A stretch of 64,000 nucleotides of DNA, taken from NCBI GenBank assembly GCA_035583355.1, contig DATEZQ010000001.1:10566-74565 (forward strand), written 5' to 3'. A program made the position numbers and the translations under genes. Below the pieces are notes generated by a model. It was not told the origin of the DNA and ran no database searches. It was given only the letters and a program-made list of their open reading frames with translations. This document shows positions 1 through 9,156 of this stretch, piece after piece (positions within the stretch are counted from its first letter, which is position 1; every line of letters starts with the position of its first letter). This DNA comes from Minisyncoccota bacterium (GTDB taxonomy: Bacteria > Patescibacteriota > Minisyncoccia > Phycocordibacterales > UBA6899).

Positions 1-316
1 GTCATATATCCTCGACAAGACGCTCCCTGATGGTGCGCATACTGCGTATGTTGCGATGGTGGATAATGGAGGACGCATTCTTGCAAAGTCTGCTCCATTG
101 CCATTTATCAAGGAAGCAAGCGCGTTGACCGTTGAAGCAGCTGGCCTCGGTATCGGTGCGCCTGTTCCTAAGGGTCTTTTCAGTGGCCTTACTCCACTCG
201 CTCTGGTCGCACTTGTTGTTGGCGTGCTTGGTCTTGGACTTTCGGTCATTGGTGCGGTCATCGGTATTAGGCATTCAGGTAAGTCCGCAAACGATTCTGG
301 TCTTAGTGCTAACTAA
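1..316 (+). CDS. 3' end of a CDS entering from upstream; hypothetical protein with hydrophobic C-terminal membrane anchor
   Basis: Frame open from base 2 through the ORF 56-316 without a stop. The C-terminal segment LALVALVVGVLGLGLSVIGAVIG is TM-like. No recognisable family. Confidence 0.35.
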   Translation, partial: SYILDKTLPDGAHTAYVAMVDNGGRILAKSAPLPFIKEASALTVEAAGLGIGAPVPKGLFSGLTPLALVALVVGVLGLGLSVIGAVIGIRHSGKSANDSGLSAN

Positions 317-318
317 AT

Positions 319-1695
319 ATGCAATCCCCAAACTCATATATGAAGAGTGGTGTGCAGTTCGTTCGAGATAACCCTCAGCTTCTGTATACACTTTTCTTGC
401 TCGTTATTATTCCAATGGCTTTCGTTATTTCGAGCGAACAGTTTCTTGGAATTGCGCGAACTCAAAATGATAAGGCGGAGCAAGCGCGCGTCGGGCTACT
501 GCACGACGCGTTTGCTGCGTTTTTGCCAACTCAATTCGAGCCTGCGCTGATAGACGAGCATATCCGAAAGATTGCAGAGAAGAATGAGACAATCACCGGT
601 TTTGCAGTGCTCGAGGAATTGGAATCCGCAACAAGTTCCACATATCAAGTTGTTGGGTCGCTCAACAAGCAGGAGATTCCCCTGGGGGAATATCTTCCTG
701 ATCCGACGACTGCAGCACTTATGCGTTTTGCGCTTGCAAATCCAGATCAATCACTTACGTTGGAGTTTACAAAGAGCGCAGTACGGCAATGGAAAACTGC
801 TCGTGTTATTCCACATCCTCATGATGGTGTTGCGCGTGCCTATGTAGTTACTGATGTCTCAATGTCGCAGAGCGATGCAGTATTGCAGGGTAACATTCGC
901 GCTGCATATGCATCACTTGCACTCATTATTGCGCTTATTATTGTTTTGCTTGCGCGGCAGGCTCGCATCGTTGATTACGCGACACTCTATAAGAAACTTG
1001 AAGAAGTGGACAAGATGAAGGATGACTTCGTTTCTATGACTGCTCACGAGTTGCGCTCGCCATTAACGACCATCCGTGGCTATGCAGATCTGCTTAAGGA
1101 GGTACAGCATCTTTCACCCAAGGGTGAGGAGATGTTGTCGAACATCGATAGGTCTGCTCGCGACCTAAACGATCTGATCACAGACATCCTTGATGTCTCC
1201 AAGCTGCAAGAGGGACGAATGTCATTCAAGCTTGCACCACTTGCACCGGTTGCTGAATTGCGTGATGTTGTAGAAGCATTTAGAAAGCCTGCCGAAAGCA
1301 AAGGACTGACAATTGGACTCACTGTAGGAACATTGCCCGATCTCATGGTGGATAAAATGCGATTTCATCAAGTGCTTGTAAATCTAGTGGGAAATGCAGT
1401 GAAGTATACACCGAAGGGAAGCGTGACTCTTTCTGCTCGTTCAATCGATAGTGCGCATATGTGTGAGTTTCGCATTTCTGATACAGGTCTTGGTATCAGT
1501 GCCGAGGCGCAGCAAAAACTCTTTTCAAAATTCTACCGCGTAAAAACGAAAGAAACGGAGATGATTACAGGAACCGGACTTGGATTGTGGATTACCGCTG
1601 AAATCGTCAGGCAAATGCACGGAACCATTGCTGTAGAGTCTATCGAAGGTAAGGGTACTGACTTCATTGTCCGTTTCCCGATTGCGAGTGTATAG
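319..1695 (+). CDS. sensor histidine kinase
   Basis: HisKA motif MTAHELRSPLTTIRGYADLL, an HATPase_c region (GLGLWIT...GKGTDF) and an N-terminal TM segment. Confidence 0.85.
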   Translation: MQSPNSYMKSGVQFVRDNPQLLYTLFLLVIIPMAFVISSEQFLGIARTQNDKAEQARVGLLHDAFAAFLPTQFEPALIDEHIRKIAEKNETITGFAVLEELESATSSTYQVVGSLNKQEIPLGEYLPDPTTAALMRFALANPDQSLTLEFTKSAVRQWKTARVIPHPHDGVARAYVVTDVSMSQSDAVLQGNIRAAYASLALIIALIIVLLARQARIVDYATLYKKLEEVDKMKDDFVSMTAHELRSPLTTIRGYADLLKEVQHLSPKGEEMLSNIDRSARDLNDLITDILDVSKLQEGRMSFKLAPLAPVAELRDVVEAFRKPAESKGLTIGLTVGTLPDLMVDKMRFHQVLVNLVGNAVKYTPKGSVTLSARSIDSAHMCEFRISDTGLGISAEAQQKLFSKFYRVKTKETEMITGTGLGLWITAEIVRQMHGTIAVESIEGKGTDFIVRFPIASV

Positions 1696-1735
1696 TCAAT
1701 AATATTGATGTTTTAAGCCATATTTTGTTCAGTCG

Positions 1736-1760
1736 GGAAGCCACCACTTTGGTGGCTTCC
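1736..1760. other. 10-bp stem hairpin (ggaagccacc/ggtggcttcc) after the kinase gene, followed by a TATAAT -10 box at 1765-1770
   Basis: Perfect inverted repeat read directly. There is no T-run, so it may not be a classical intrinsic terminator. Confidence 0.4.
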
Positions 1761-1830
1761 ATGCTATAATGCCCTTGGGTTTCTAGATACTTGAGCGACA
1801 TTTTAGCAGTAACGTTGTTATCTATACCGT

Positions 1831-2211
1831 ATGTGCGAACTTAAGCTGATTGAGATTACTGAGCACCCAATTACTTCTACATTTGAAATCTATGCTAAAG
1901 GGGAACGTGTAGGTAGGTGTATGCTTCATCACGAAGCACGCAGCGAATCGCATCTCCCTGAGGGATTTTCTGGACATATTTTCTACGAAATATTTGAGCC
2001 TTTTCAGGGCAAGGGATACGCAAAGGCAGCTCTTGAGAAGCTCGTCGTTGCTGCGCGTCATATCGGTCTTCCTCGCGTGTTTGTGGTCGTAAGTGATGAG
2101 AATGTTCCATCACAGAAAGTCATTGAAGGGCGAGGGGCACAGCTCATTGGTGCCACGATGGGAAGTGATGGTCGTTATTATCGTCGCTATGCAATAGATT
2201 GTAATAAATAA
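1831..2211 (+). CDS. GNAT-family N-acetyltransferase-like protein
   Basis: QGKGYAKAALEKLVVAARHIGL resembles the GNAT acetyl-CoA binding motif. Length is 126 aa. Confidence 0.6.
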   Translation: MCELKLIEITEHPITSTFEIYAKGERVGRCMLHHEARSESHLPEGFSGHIFYEIFEPFQGKGYAKAALEKLVVAARHIGLPRVFVVVSDENVPSQKVIEGRGAQLIGATMGSDGRYYRRYAIDCNK

Positions 2212-2235
2212 AACACCACATTGTGGTGTTTTGTT
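2208..2235. terminator. bidirectional intrinsic terminator between convergent genes
   Basis: Hairpin aaaacaccac-att-gtggtgtttt flanked by A-run and T-run. Confidence 0.7.
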
Positions 2236-2237
2236 TA

Positions 2238-3248
2238 TTAGACTGGCGTTGCGACAAAATCCGTTGGTTTCTCAGCGAGATATTTTTCTAGTTGAGGGCG
2301 TGTGAGTAGTCCCTCCTGAGCACCGATATACTGCACGACCGACATCGAATTGATTGGGCCCCAAAGGAGTGCTTCTTCGAGTGGTAGTCCGAGTCCGAGT
2401 GCAACGACGATTGTGGAAGAGCATGCATCTCCAGCACCAGTGCGATCATATGGGGGTTTTGGATCTGGGTATGGTGGCACGAACCAGGTCTTGTCCACAT
2501 CTGCATCATAAGCATAAAGTCCTTTTGGTCCATCGGTGATGACCGCGATGCGCGGGCCGATTGCGGACATCATCTTCGGGAGTTTTGACGGATCCTTCTC
2601 GTTGGTTTTCAGGATGATACGGGCTTCATCAGTATTACAGAAGAAGATAGAGCACGATTGGTACAGTTCCTTGAGTTTCTCGGCTCCAAGCTTGATCTGG
2701 AACGTACCTGGCTGGAAGGCAAACTTTACACCAGGGTGTGCTTTGATATAGTTCAGCACTTCTTCGTGATAGGGGAGTGAGTTTTCACCGAGGGAAGAGA
2801 AGTATATCCATTTTGGTTGTTCGAATGCCGGAAGTTTGTAATCGAAGGTCTCATGTTTGATGAGAATTGTGCGTTCTGCTTTGAACCAGAGCACGTAGTG
2901 ATAGTTTGATGACTTTCCTGGATTAACGCGAACCATATCGGTGTTCACGTGATCGTGTGCAAGTGCAGCGATGATCTCCTTTCCCTGAGCATCCTCGCCA
3001 ACATCAGCGATCAGTGCAGAAGAGAGTCCGAGACGTGCTGCGCAGACCGCAGCATTTGCTGAGTTACCGACTCCCGGTATTACCTTAGCAAATTCATAGG
3101 GAATCTTTGCTCCGTTAATGAAGCAGAGATCTTGCTCTGTCTCACCAGCTTCACCCTCGATAGTGTGCACAGAAGCCTTCTGTATGCGAATAAATGCGTC
3201 AGTGACTGTGTCTCCAATAGCCACGAAATCAAAAGATTTTTGTTCCAT
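2238..3248 (-). CDS. PfkB-family carbohydrate/ribokinase-like kinase
   Basis: The C-terminal DRTGAGDA motif and the N-terminal GxGG region are typical of the ribokinase/PfkB superfamily. Confidence 0.8.
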   Translation of the reverse strand: MEQKSFDFVAIGDTVTDAFIRIQKASVHTIEGEAGETEQDLCFINGAKIPYEFAKVIPGVGNSANAAVCAARLGLSSALIADVGEDAQGKEIIAALAHDHVNTDMVRVNPGKSSNYHYVLWFKAERTILIKHETFDYKLPAFEQPKWIYFSSLGENSLPYHEEVLNYIKAHPGVKFAFQPGTFQIKLGAEKLKELYQSCSIFFCNTDEARIILKTNEKDPSKLPKMMSAIGPRIAVITDGPKGLYAYDADVDKTWFVPPYPDPKPPYDRTGAGDACSSTIVVALGLGLPLEEALLWGPINSMSVVQYIGAQEGLLTRPQLEKYLAEKPTDFVATPV

Positions 3249-3316
3249 CAGGAAATTATAGCATAAATTGCATATGCACTACTTACCACTTTCCACTTTC
3301 TTGCTATAATAAAGGC

Positions 3317-4360
3317 ATGAATATTGTACAGCTTGAATCCGTTGCACGAGCGCTGGTCGCACCAGGAAAGGGAATCCTTGCCGCTGATGAATCAAGTGCA
3401 ACTGCCAATAAGCGTTTTGCCGCAGTCTATGTCACTCAAGATGAAGACCACCGTCGCACGTTCCGCGAGATACTTTTGACGACTCCTGATGCAGTCGGTA
3501 TCGTCTCAGGCGTGATCTTTTATGACGAAACATTCTGGGAGAAGGGTTCTTCGGGTGAGCTTTTTCGGGAATATTGCGCAAAACATGGAATAATCCCCGG
3601 CATAAAGGTGGATGAAGGTCTTACTGATCTCCCGGGTTTCCCTGGAGAGAAAGTCAGTAAAGGTCTCGATACTCTTCCTGAGCGTATACAGAAATATGCT
3701 GAAGCGGGTGCTCAGTTTGCGAAGTGGCGTTCCGTCATTGTCATTGGTGAAAAAATTCCTACTGATGCTTGTATCGCTGCGAACGCGTATGTGCTTGCGC
3801 GTTATGCTCGAATCTGTCAGGAGGCGGGTGTAGTGCCTATCGTTGAGCCTGAAGTGCTCTTTGATGGCAAACATACTTCCGAGCAATGTGAGGCTGTGAC
3901 GAGTCATGTTCTTGAGACACTCTTTGCCGCAATGCGTACCTACCGTGTACATTTCCCTGGTGCGATATTGAAGACAGGTATGGTCCTTCCAGGAAAAGAT
4001 TCTGGTATCCCTGTTGATGAGACTGATGTTGCAGATCGTACGGTGCGCACTTTGCGTACCCATGTGCCTCATGATATTGGGGGTGTGGTATTCCTTTCGG
4101 GTGGTCAGACACCACATCAGGCCTTTGCGAACTTGAATGCGATCGCGCAGCGTGGTCCACATCCTTGGGGATTGACCTTCTCTTATTCACGCGCACTTCA
4201 GGATCCAGTGTTGAAACATTGGGCAGTACATCAAACAGATATCGTCGGAGCGCAGTCGATTTTTGCACATCAGCTCAAGGTTGCACAAGCAGCACGATCG
4301 GGAAGTATGAGTGTGGCGGCGCATAGTGATGATTTCGTTTCCCACTCCCAAGACATGTAG
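3317..4360 (+). CDS. fba: fructose-bisphosphate aldolase, class I
   Basis: N-terminal GKGILAADES signature and overall class I aldolase similarity. Length 347 aa. Confidence 0.85.
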   Translation: MNIVQLESVARALVAPGKGILAADESSATANKRFAAVYVTQDEDHRRTFREILLTTPDAVGIVSGVIFYDETFWEKGSSGELFREYCAKHGIIPGIKVDEGLTDLPGFPGEKVSKGLDTLPERIQKYAEAGAQFAKWRSVIVIGEKIPTDACIAANAYVLARYARICQEAGVVPIVEPEVLFDGKHTSEQCEAVTSHVLETLFAAMRTYRVHFPGAILKTGMVLPGKDSGIPVDETDVADRTVRTLRTHVPHDIGGVVFLSGGQTPHQAFANLNAIAQRGPHPWGLTFSYSRALQDPVLKHWAVHQTDIVGAQSIFAHQLKVAQAARSGSMSVAAHSDDFVSHSQDM

Positions 4361-4569
4361 AAAACCGCATATTTCGGCGCATCTTGCCATGCTTCGGCGT
4401 GCGACTCGCTCACCGTAGAACACCTACGGCTCGCTAGAGTTCGCATACCTCCAGCATAGCAACCTGCATCCGAAATCTGCGTTTTTTTGTTATCTCAAAT
4501 ATATAAATCGAATACTGAAATATTTAAATATTTAAATATGTATTGGATTGCGTAATTAAAAAACCAAGA

Positions 4570-4737
4570 TCAACTGATCTCGGTATCTAGAGTAGGGGTC
4601 GCATCTGGAGCTGCACTGAAGACGCGGATTTGTCCGCAGCCTTTACATTTAATTTCCACCGTCGCCTCGACAAGATTGCCCTTGAAGAGCAATTTTCCGC
4701 AAGAACATTTGTGATTTTTGAGCTCTGTATCTTCCAT
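4570..4737 (-). CDS. small zinc-ribbon protein (Com-like CxxC...CxxC), 55 aa
   Basis: Translated manually as MEDTELKNHKCSCGKLLFKGNLVEATVEIKCKGCGQIRVFSAAPDATPTLDTEIS. It falls below the ORF-track length cutoff. It is divergently arranged with the Cys-rich gene at 4900. Confidence 0.45.
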   Translation of the reverse strand: MEDTELKNHKCSCGKLLFKGNLVEATVEIKCKGCGQIRVFSAAPDATPTLDTEIS

Positions 4738-4899
4738 GTTCATGAGTGTGCTCGCGTGCTAATAATATATACTATACCATCATATAGTAGTAAGACCTAT
4801 GCAGTCTGTGCACAGTTTTTGCACAGTAAGTGAGTGGGGGTCGACAAAAGCCATATTTTGATGTAGATTAAGTCCTCGTTCTTTTCTAAGGAGGTTCTT

Positions 4900-5400
4900 T
4901 TGAACCACGAACCACTCGTTGAAAGTTTTCCTTGTGTCGAACCTGGCTGTGAAGGCCTTGTCGACCCCTGCTCTGAGTTGGCCATTCGGCTCAACCCTGA
5001 GAAGTACGGCACCAAGAAGGGTGTTTGCTGCAATAGCTGCGCTCGCCTGTATGGAACGGATGGAGAGCCTGTGCTCAATATCGAATTCATGAAGGTGTTC
5101 ATTGCTGGCGGTAGACTCGAAGGCAGGGTGCTCACTGCAGTCGAAAAGTGCAATCTGGTCCGTAATGAGATCGGCAAGATGTGCGATGCTGAAACTCATG
5201 AGGAGAAGGAAGCGCATCGTCGTAATATCTTCGCGCTCTGCGGGGGAGAAGAAGCCTTCCTCGATAAGAAGAAGAGCATGGAGGGACATACGGCTGACTG
5301 CGAAGCAATCGAATACCGTGCGCCACACATGTGCAGCTGCGGTGTCACGCACACTCGTAACTGGTTCAGGGATCACGCGGATATGGCTGGAGAAGCCTAG
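4900..5400 (+). CDS. cysteine-rich hypothetical protein (TTG start)
   Basis: Strong SD aaggagg 6 nt upstream of the TTG at 4900. Several CxxC/CxnC clusters. Followed by the terminator at 5407. Confidence 0.55.
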   Translation: MNHEPLVESFPCVEPGCEGLVDPCSELAIRLNPEKYGTKKGVCCNSCARLYGTDGEPVLNIEFMKVFIAGGRLEGRVLTAVEKCNLVRNEIGKMCDAETHEEKEAHRRNIFALCGGEEAFLDKKKSMEGHTADCEAIEYRAPHMCSCGVTHTRNWFRDHADMAGEA

Positions 5401-5406
5401 CATTTT

Positions 5407-5440
5407 ACCACCCCCCAAAAAAATGGGGGGTGGTTTTTCT
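5407..5440 (+). terminator. intrinsic terminator
   Basis: accacccccc-aaaaaaat-ggggggtggt followed by a T-run. Confidence 0.75.
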
Positions 5441-5481
5441 TTTCCTTTTGCCTTATGTCTGTCTTTTGCTATACTGGTCAA

Positions 5482-6726
5482 ATGCGACAATCCCAATTAT
5501 TTACAAAGACGCGCCGAGAGGCGCCAAAGGACGAAGTAGCGAAGAACGCACAGCTTTTGCTGCGCGGTGGCTACATTTACAAGGAGATGGCAGGTGCATA
5601 CTGTTATCTCCCCATGGGATTGCGTGTGCTCAATAAGATCATGAACATCATCCGCGAGGAGATGGATGGTATTGGTGCACAGGAAATTCTTATGACCTCA
5701 TTGCAAGACAAGGCAATCTGGGAAGCAACCGGACGCTGGAGTGATGATGTTGTCGACAATTGGTTTAAGACGAAATTGAAGAGTGGTACTGAGGTTGGTC
5801 TTGCATTTACTTGTGAAGAGCCACTCACGAATCTCATGCGCGAGTATATACACTCACACCGCGATCTCCCAATGGCCGCATATCAGTTACAGACGAAGTT
5901 TCGCAATGAAGCACGTGCAAAGAGTGGTATTATGCGTGGACGCGAGTTTATCATGAAGGACGCCTATACGTTCTGCAAGAATGTTGAGGAGCACAATGTG
6001 GTCTACGAGCAGTATGCGGAGGCCTACATGCGCATCTTCACTCGTCTTGGACTTGGCGAGCTCACCTACAAGACATTTGCATCAGGCGGTTCATTTAGTA
6101 AGTATTCTCACGAATATCAGACAATCACGGAAGCCGGTGAGGATACTATCTTCATTAGTGATGAGAAACATATCGCAATCAATCATGAGGTCATGAATGA
6201 TGAGGTGCTCGCAGATCTCGGCGTGAAGCGTGAGGAGCTTCGTGAAGCTAATGCAGTTGAAGTGGGAAATATTTTCACCCTCGGCACTAAGTTCTCCGAT
6301 GCATATGATCTGAATTATGTGGACGAAGAGGGTCATCCTCAGCGAGTCTTTATGGGTTCGTATGGAATTGGGCCTGGGCGCGTCATGGGAACCATTGTTG
6401 AGGTACTTTCAGATGAGAAGGGTATCATATGGCCAGAATCGGTTGCGCCATTTATGTTCCACCTCATTGCGCTTGGTTATGATGATCCTGCGGTCAAGGA
6501 AGAGGCGGATAAGCTATATCATGCACTCCGCGCTCGTGGCATTGAAGTACTTCTTGATGACCGAGTTGGCCCTTCTGCGGGAGAGAAGTTTAATGATAGT
6601 GATCTTCTTGGTATGCCTAAGCGTGTCGTTGTTTCAAAGAAAACTATTGCCGCAGGAATGTATGAACTCAAGGATCGTAAGACTGGTGAAGTAAGTCAGA
6701 TTTCTCACAGTCAGCTTCTTGCATAA
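5482..6726 (+). CDS. proS: proline--tRNA ligase (short form lacking the editing insertion)
   Basis: MRQSQLFTKTRREAPKDEVAKNAQLLLRGGYI and class II aaRS motifs. I chose the internal ATG at 5482 as the start. Confidence 0.9.
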   Translation: MRQSQLFTKTRREAPKDEVAKNAQLLLRGGYIYKEMAGAYCYLPMGLRVLNKIMNIIREEMDGIGAQEILMTSLQDKAIWEATGRWSDDVVDNWFKTKLKSGTEVGLAFTCEEPLTNLMREYIHSHRDLPMAAYQLQTKFRNEARAKSGIMRGREFIMKDAYTFCKNVEEHNVVYEQYAEAYMRIFTRLGLGELTYKTFASGGSFSKYSHEYQTITEAGEDTIFISDEKHIAINHEVMNDEVLADLGVKREELREANAVEVGNIFTLGTKFSDAYDLNYVDEEGHPQRVFMGSYGIGPGRVMGTIVEVLSDEKGIIWPESVAPFMFHLIALGYDDPAVKEEADKLYHALRARGIEVLLDDRVGPSAGEKFNDSDLLGMPKRVVVSKKTIAAGMYELKDRKTGEVSQISHSQLLA

Positions 6727-6752
6727 TAAAAACCCGAGAGGGTTTTTATTTT
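6727..6752 (+). terminator. intrinsic terminator after proS
   Basis: aaccc-gaga-gggtt followed by tttttatttt. Confidence 0.7.
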
Positions 6753-6920
6753 ATCGACATAAGAAAAATGGCTTGTAAAGAGGTTCACTTAAGGGAGCCA
6801 CAACGGTGGAGTGCGCGTTCTCCTTGCTGCGGTGAGCAAATGGGTAAATTCTATATTTCGCAACACTATTGAGTACACGCAACCCTTGCGGGAGCATGCT
6901 ATTTTCAGTAGACTGCAGTT

Positions 6921-7973
6921 ATGTTAATGGACCGCTTTCTTGGCTTTTCTGGCGCAGATATTGGTATCGATCTTGGTACGGCGAATACACTCGTCTATCT
7001 TCGTGACCACGGCATAATTATTGATGAGCCTTCGGTGGTTGCGGTCAATCAGAAAACGGGACGCGTTGTTGCGGTGGGTAGTGATGCAAAGCAGATGCTC
7101 GGGCGTACGCCAGGGCACATTGTTGCTATTCGTCCACTTGTAGGGGGAGTGATTTCTGACTTCGAGATTACTGAGGAGATGCTTGCACACTTCATCAATA
7201 AGGCGCAGCGACTTTCGAAGAAGCAGGGTCGTCCACGCGTTGTGATCGGTGTTCCAACACTTATCACTAATGTGGAGACGCGAGCGGTTCGTGATGCTGC
7301 GATGAATGCAGGTGCACGAGAGGTCTATATTGTCGAAGAGCCCATGGCTGCAGCGATTGGTATTCGACTTCCTGTCACAGAGCCTGTGGGTTCGATGATC
7401 ATCGATATTGGCGGAGGCACAACTGATATTGCAGTCATCTCTCTTGCTGGAATTGTGAATGCGAAGAACCTTAAAATCGCAGGGGATCGTTTCAATTCAG
7501 ATATTTCTTCATATATTCGGGATGAATTTAAGATTCTTATTGGTGAACGTACGGCAGAGGAGGTAAAGATTAAGATCGGTACTGCTACAAAGCCGAAGGA
7601 GCCTCGTGAGGCGGCAATTCGTGGACGCGATTTGCTCACCGGACTTCCACGTGAGGTAATCGTGACGGATATCGATCTCCGCGAAGCCCTCGCACCATCT
7701 CTTGCTGCGCTCGTTGAGGCGACTAAGGAAGTACTTGAGACGGCCCCACCAGAAATTCTTGCCGATGTGATGCATCGAGGAATCGTTATCGCAGGTGGCG
7801 GTGCACTTATTTATGGGTTGCCGGAACTTCTTGAACTCGCATTACATATTCCCGTCGTTACCGCAGATGAACCACTCACCGCAGTAGCACGTGGAACAGG
7901 TATCATCATTGAAAATTTGGATATGTATCGCGAAGTGCTCATCGAGCATGATAACGAACTTCCATCACGCTAG
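6921..7973 (+). CDS. mreB: rod shape-determining protein MreB
   Basis: Actin-like ATPase motifs (DIGIDLGTANTLVY, IDIGGGTTD) over the full length. Confidence 0.9.
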   Translation: MLMDRFLGFSGADIGIDLGTANTLVYLRDHGIIIDEPSVVAVNQKTGRVVAVGSDAKQMLGRTPGHIVAIRPLVGGVISDFEITEEMLAHFINKAQRLSKKQGRPRVVIGVPTLITNVETRAVRDAAMNAGAREVYIVEEPMAAAIGIRLPVTEPVGSMIIDIGGGTTDIAVISLAGIVNAKNLKIAGDRFNSDISSYIRDEFKILIGERTAEEVKIKIGTATKPKEPREAAIRGRDLLTGLPREVIVTDIDLREALAPSLAALVEATKEVLETAPPEILADVMHRGIVIAGGGALIYGLPELLELALHIPVVTADEPLTAVARGTGIIIENLDMYREVLIEHDNELPSR

Positions 7974-8008
7974 CTCTCCTACATTCTGTTTGATTCGGTC
8001 TATAAACT

Positions 8009-8875
8009 ATGCCAACTAATTTTCGACAGGAAAGGATGGTGAAAGAGCAGCGCCAAAAAATCTATGGCGCGCTTTTTCTCATTCTTGTCATCATCGTCCT
8101 TGGGCGTTCCTCTGTGCTTGGCGCAATTGGGCGATTTGGGCATTTGATAGGTCTTCCACTTTGGCATAGTGCGGATGCCCTCCAAGCTTCAGGAATTGAT
8201 ATCGCAAGCATGACTCGAACAAGAGCCTCACTGATTGAAGAGAATAAGGTGTTGCATGAGCAGGCAGAATTGAGTGACTTACGAGCAAAGACTATTGATG
8301 CACTTGTATCAGAAAATGAACATCTCAAGGAGCTGATGGGGCGCGATACAAAAGAGGATACTGTGCTAGCGCGCGTGCTTTCGAGGCCGCCATTTGAAGT
8401 CTATGATACTTTCATTATCGATGTTGGCATGCATGAAGGGGTGAGTGTTGGTGCGCTTGTGTACGGGAAGGGCTCATTTGTGATTGGTTCAATATCAAGA
8501 GTAATGGATAGGAGCTCAGTGGTAACACTCGCATCTGCCCCCGGTGAAACGCGCAGCGTTATGGTTGCAGAGTCATCTGGTGATGAAAAGCAAGCCTCAA
8601 GTACGACGGACACACTTTCTGAAAAGCATAATCTAGTCTTTGCAGGTATTGGGGGAGGAGGCTTTCGTGCTCAGGTTCCAAAGCAATTACATATCGCACC
8701 CGGGACGATGATGGCACTTCCTACGCTTAATCCTTCTTTCATCGGTATAATCACTACAGAGTATGTTCCCGAGGATGGGTCACTCAAAGAGATATACGGC
8801 ACACTTCCATTTGGAATTAATTCACTTGAGTGGGTGAAAGTTGTCCTTGCTCTGCGTACTCCAGTAACACCATAA
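8009..8875 (+). CDS. mreC: rod shape-determining protein MreC
   Basis: N-terminal TM, coiled-coil region and C-terminal beta-rich domain. Sits immediately downstream of mreB. Confidence 0.7.
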   Translation: MPTNFRQERMVKEQRQKIYGALFLILVIIVLGRSSVLGAIGRFGHLIGLPLWHSADALQASGIDIASMTRTRASLIEENKVLHEQAELSDLRAKTIDALVSENEHLKELMGRDTKEDTVLARVLSRPPFEVYDTFIIDVGMHEGVSVGALVYGKGSFVIGSISRVMDRSSVVTLASAPGETRSVMVAESSGDEKQASSTTDTLSEKHNLVFAGIGGGGFRAQVPKQLHIAPGTMMALPTLNPSFIGIITTEYVPEDGSLKEIYGTLPFGINSLEWVKVVLALRTPVTP

Positions 8876-9156
8876 TGTTCGGCTCAATCGACAAACAGCG
8901 TTTAGTAATTGGTGGCGCACTATTTATTGGTGTGTTTGTTTTGCCATCAATACTTACCCTGATTATTGGTGCATTGCTTGCATTGCGTTACAATAACTAC
9001 TTCGAGTTTCCGGTATTCGCATTACTCATTGATGCAGTTTATCGCACTAATAGCATGTCAACGTTCGGCTTGTTTGGTTTTGCGGTAATCTACGTGCTCG
9101 CTGTTGATTATTTCAGAGTGAGAATTCGTATGCGTGATAATCGTAGGCTTTACTAA
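8875..9156 (+). CDS. MreD-like small membrane protein (putative)
   Basis: Its ATG overlaps the mreC stop (ATAATG). The 93-aa product is hydrophobic and sits at the mreD position of the mreBCD-PBP2 cluster. Confidence 0.4.
   Translation: MFGSIDKQRLVIGGALFIGVFVLPSILTLIIGALLALRYNNYFEFPVFALLIDAVYRTNSMSTFGLFGFAVIYVLAVDYFRVRIRMRDNRRLY

Noticed and set aside
4780-5496. 238-aa minus-strand ORF covering the Cys-rich gene, its terminator and the proS start
   Set aside because: It is antisense to a gene with a consensus Shine-Dalgarno sequence. It spans an obvious terminator hairpin and overlaps the proS start. It has no recognisable motif.
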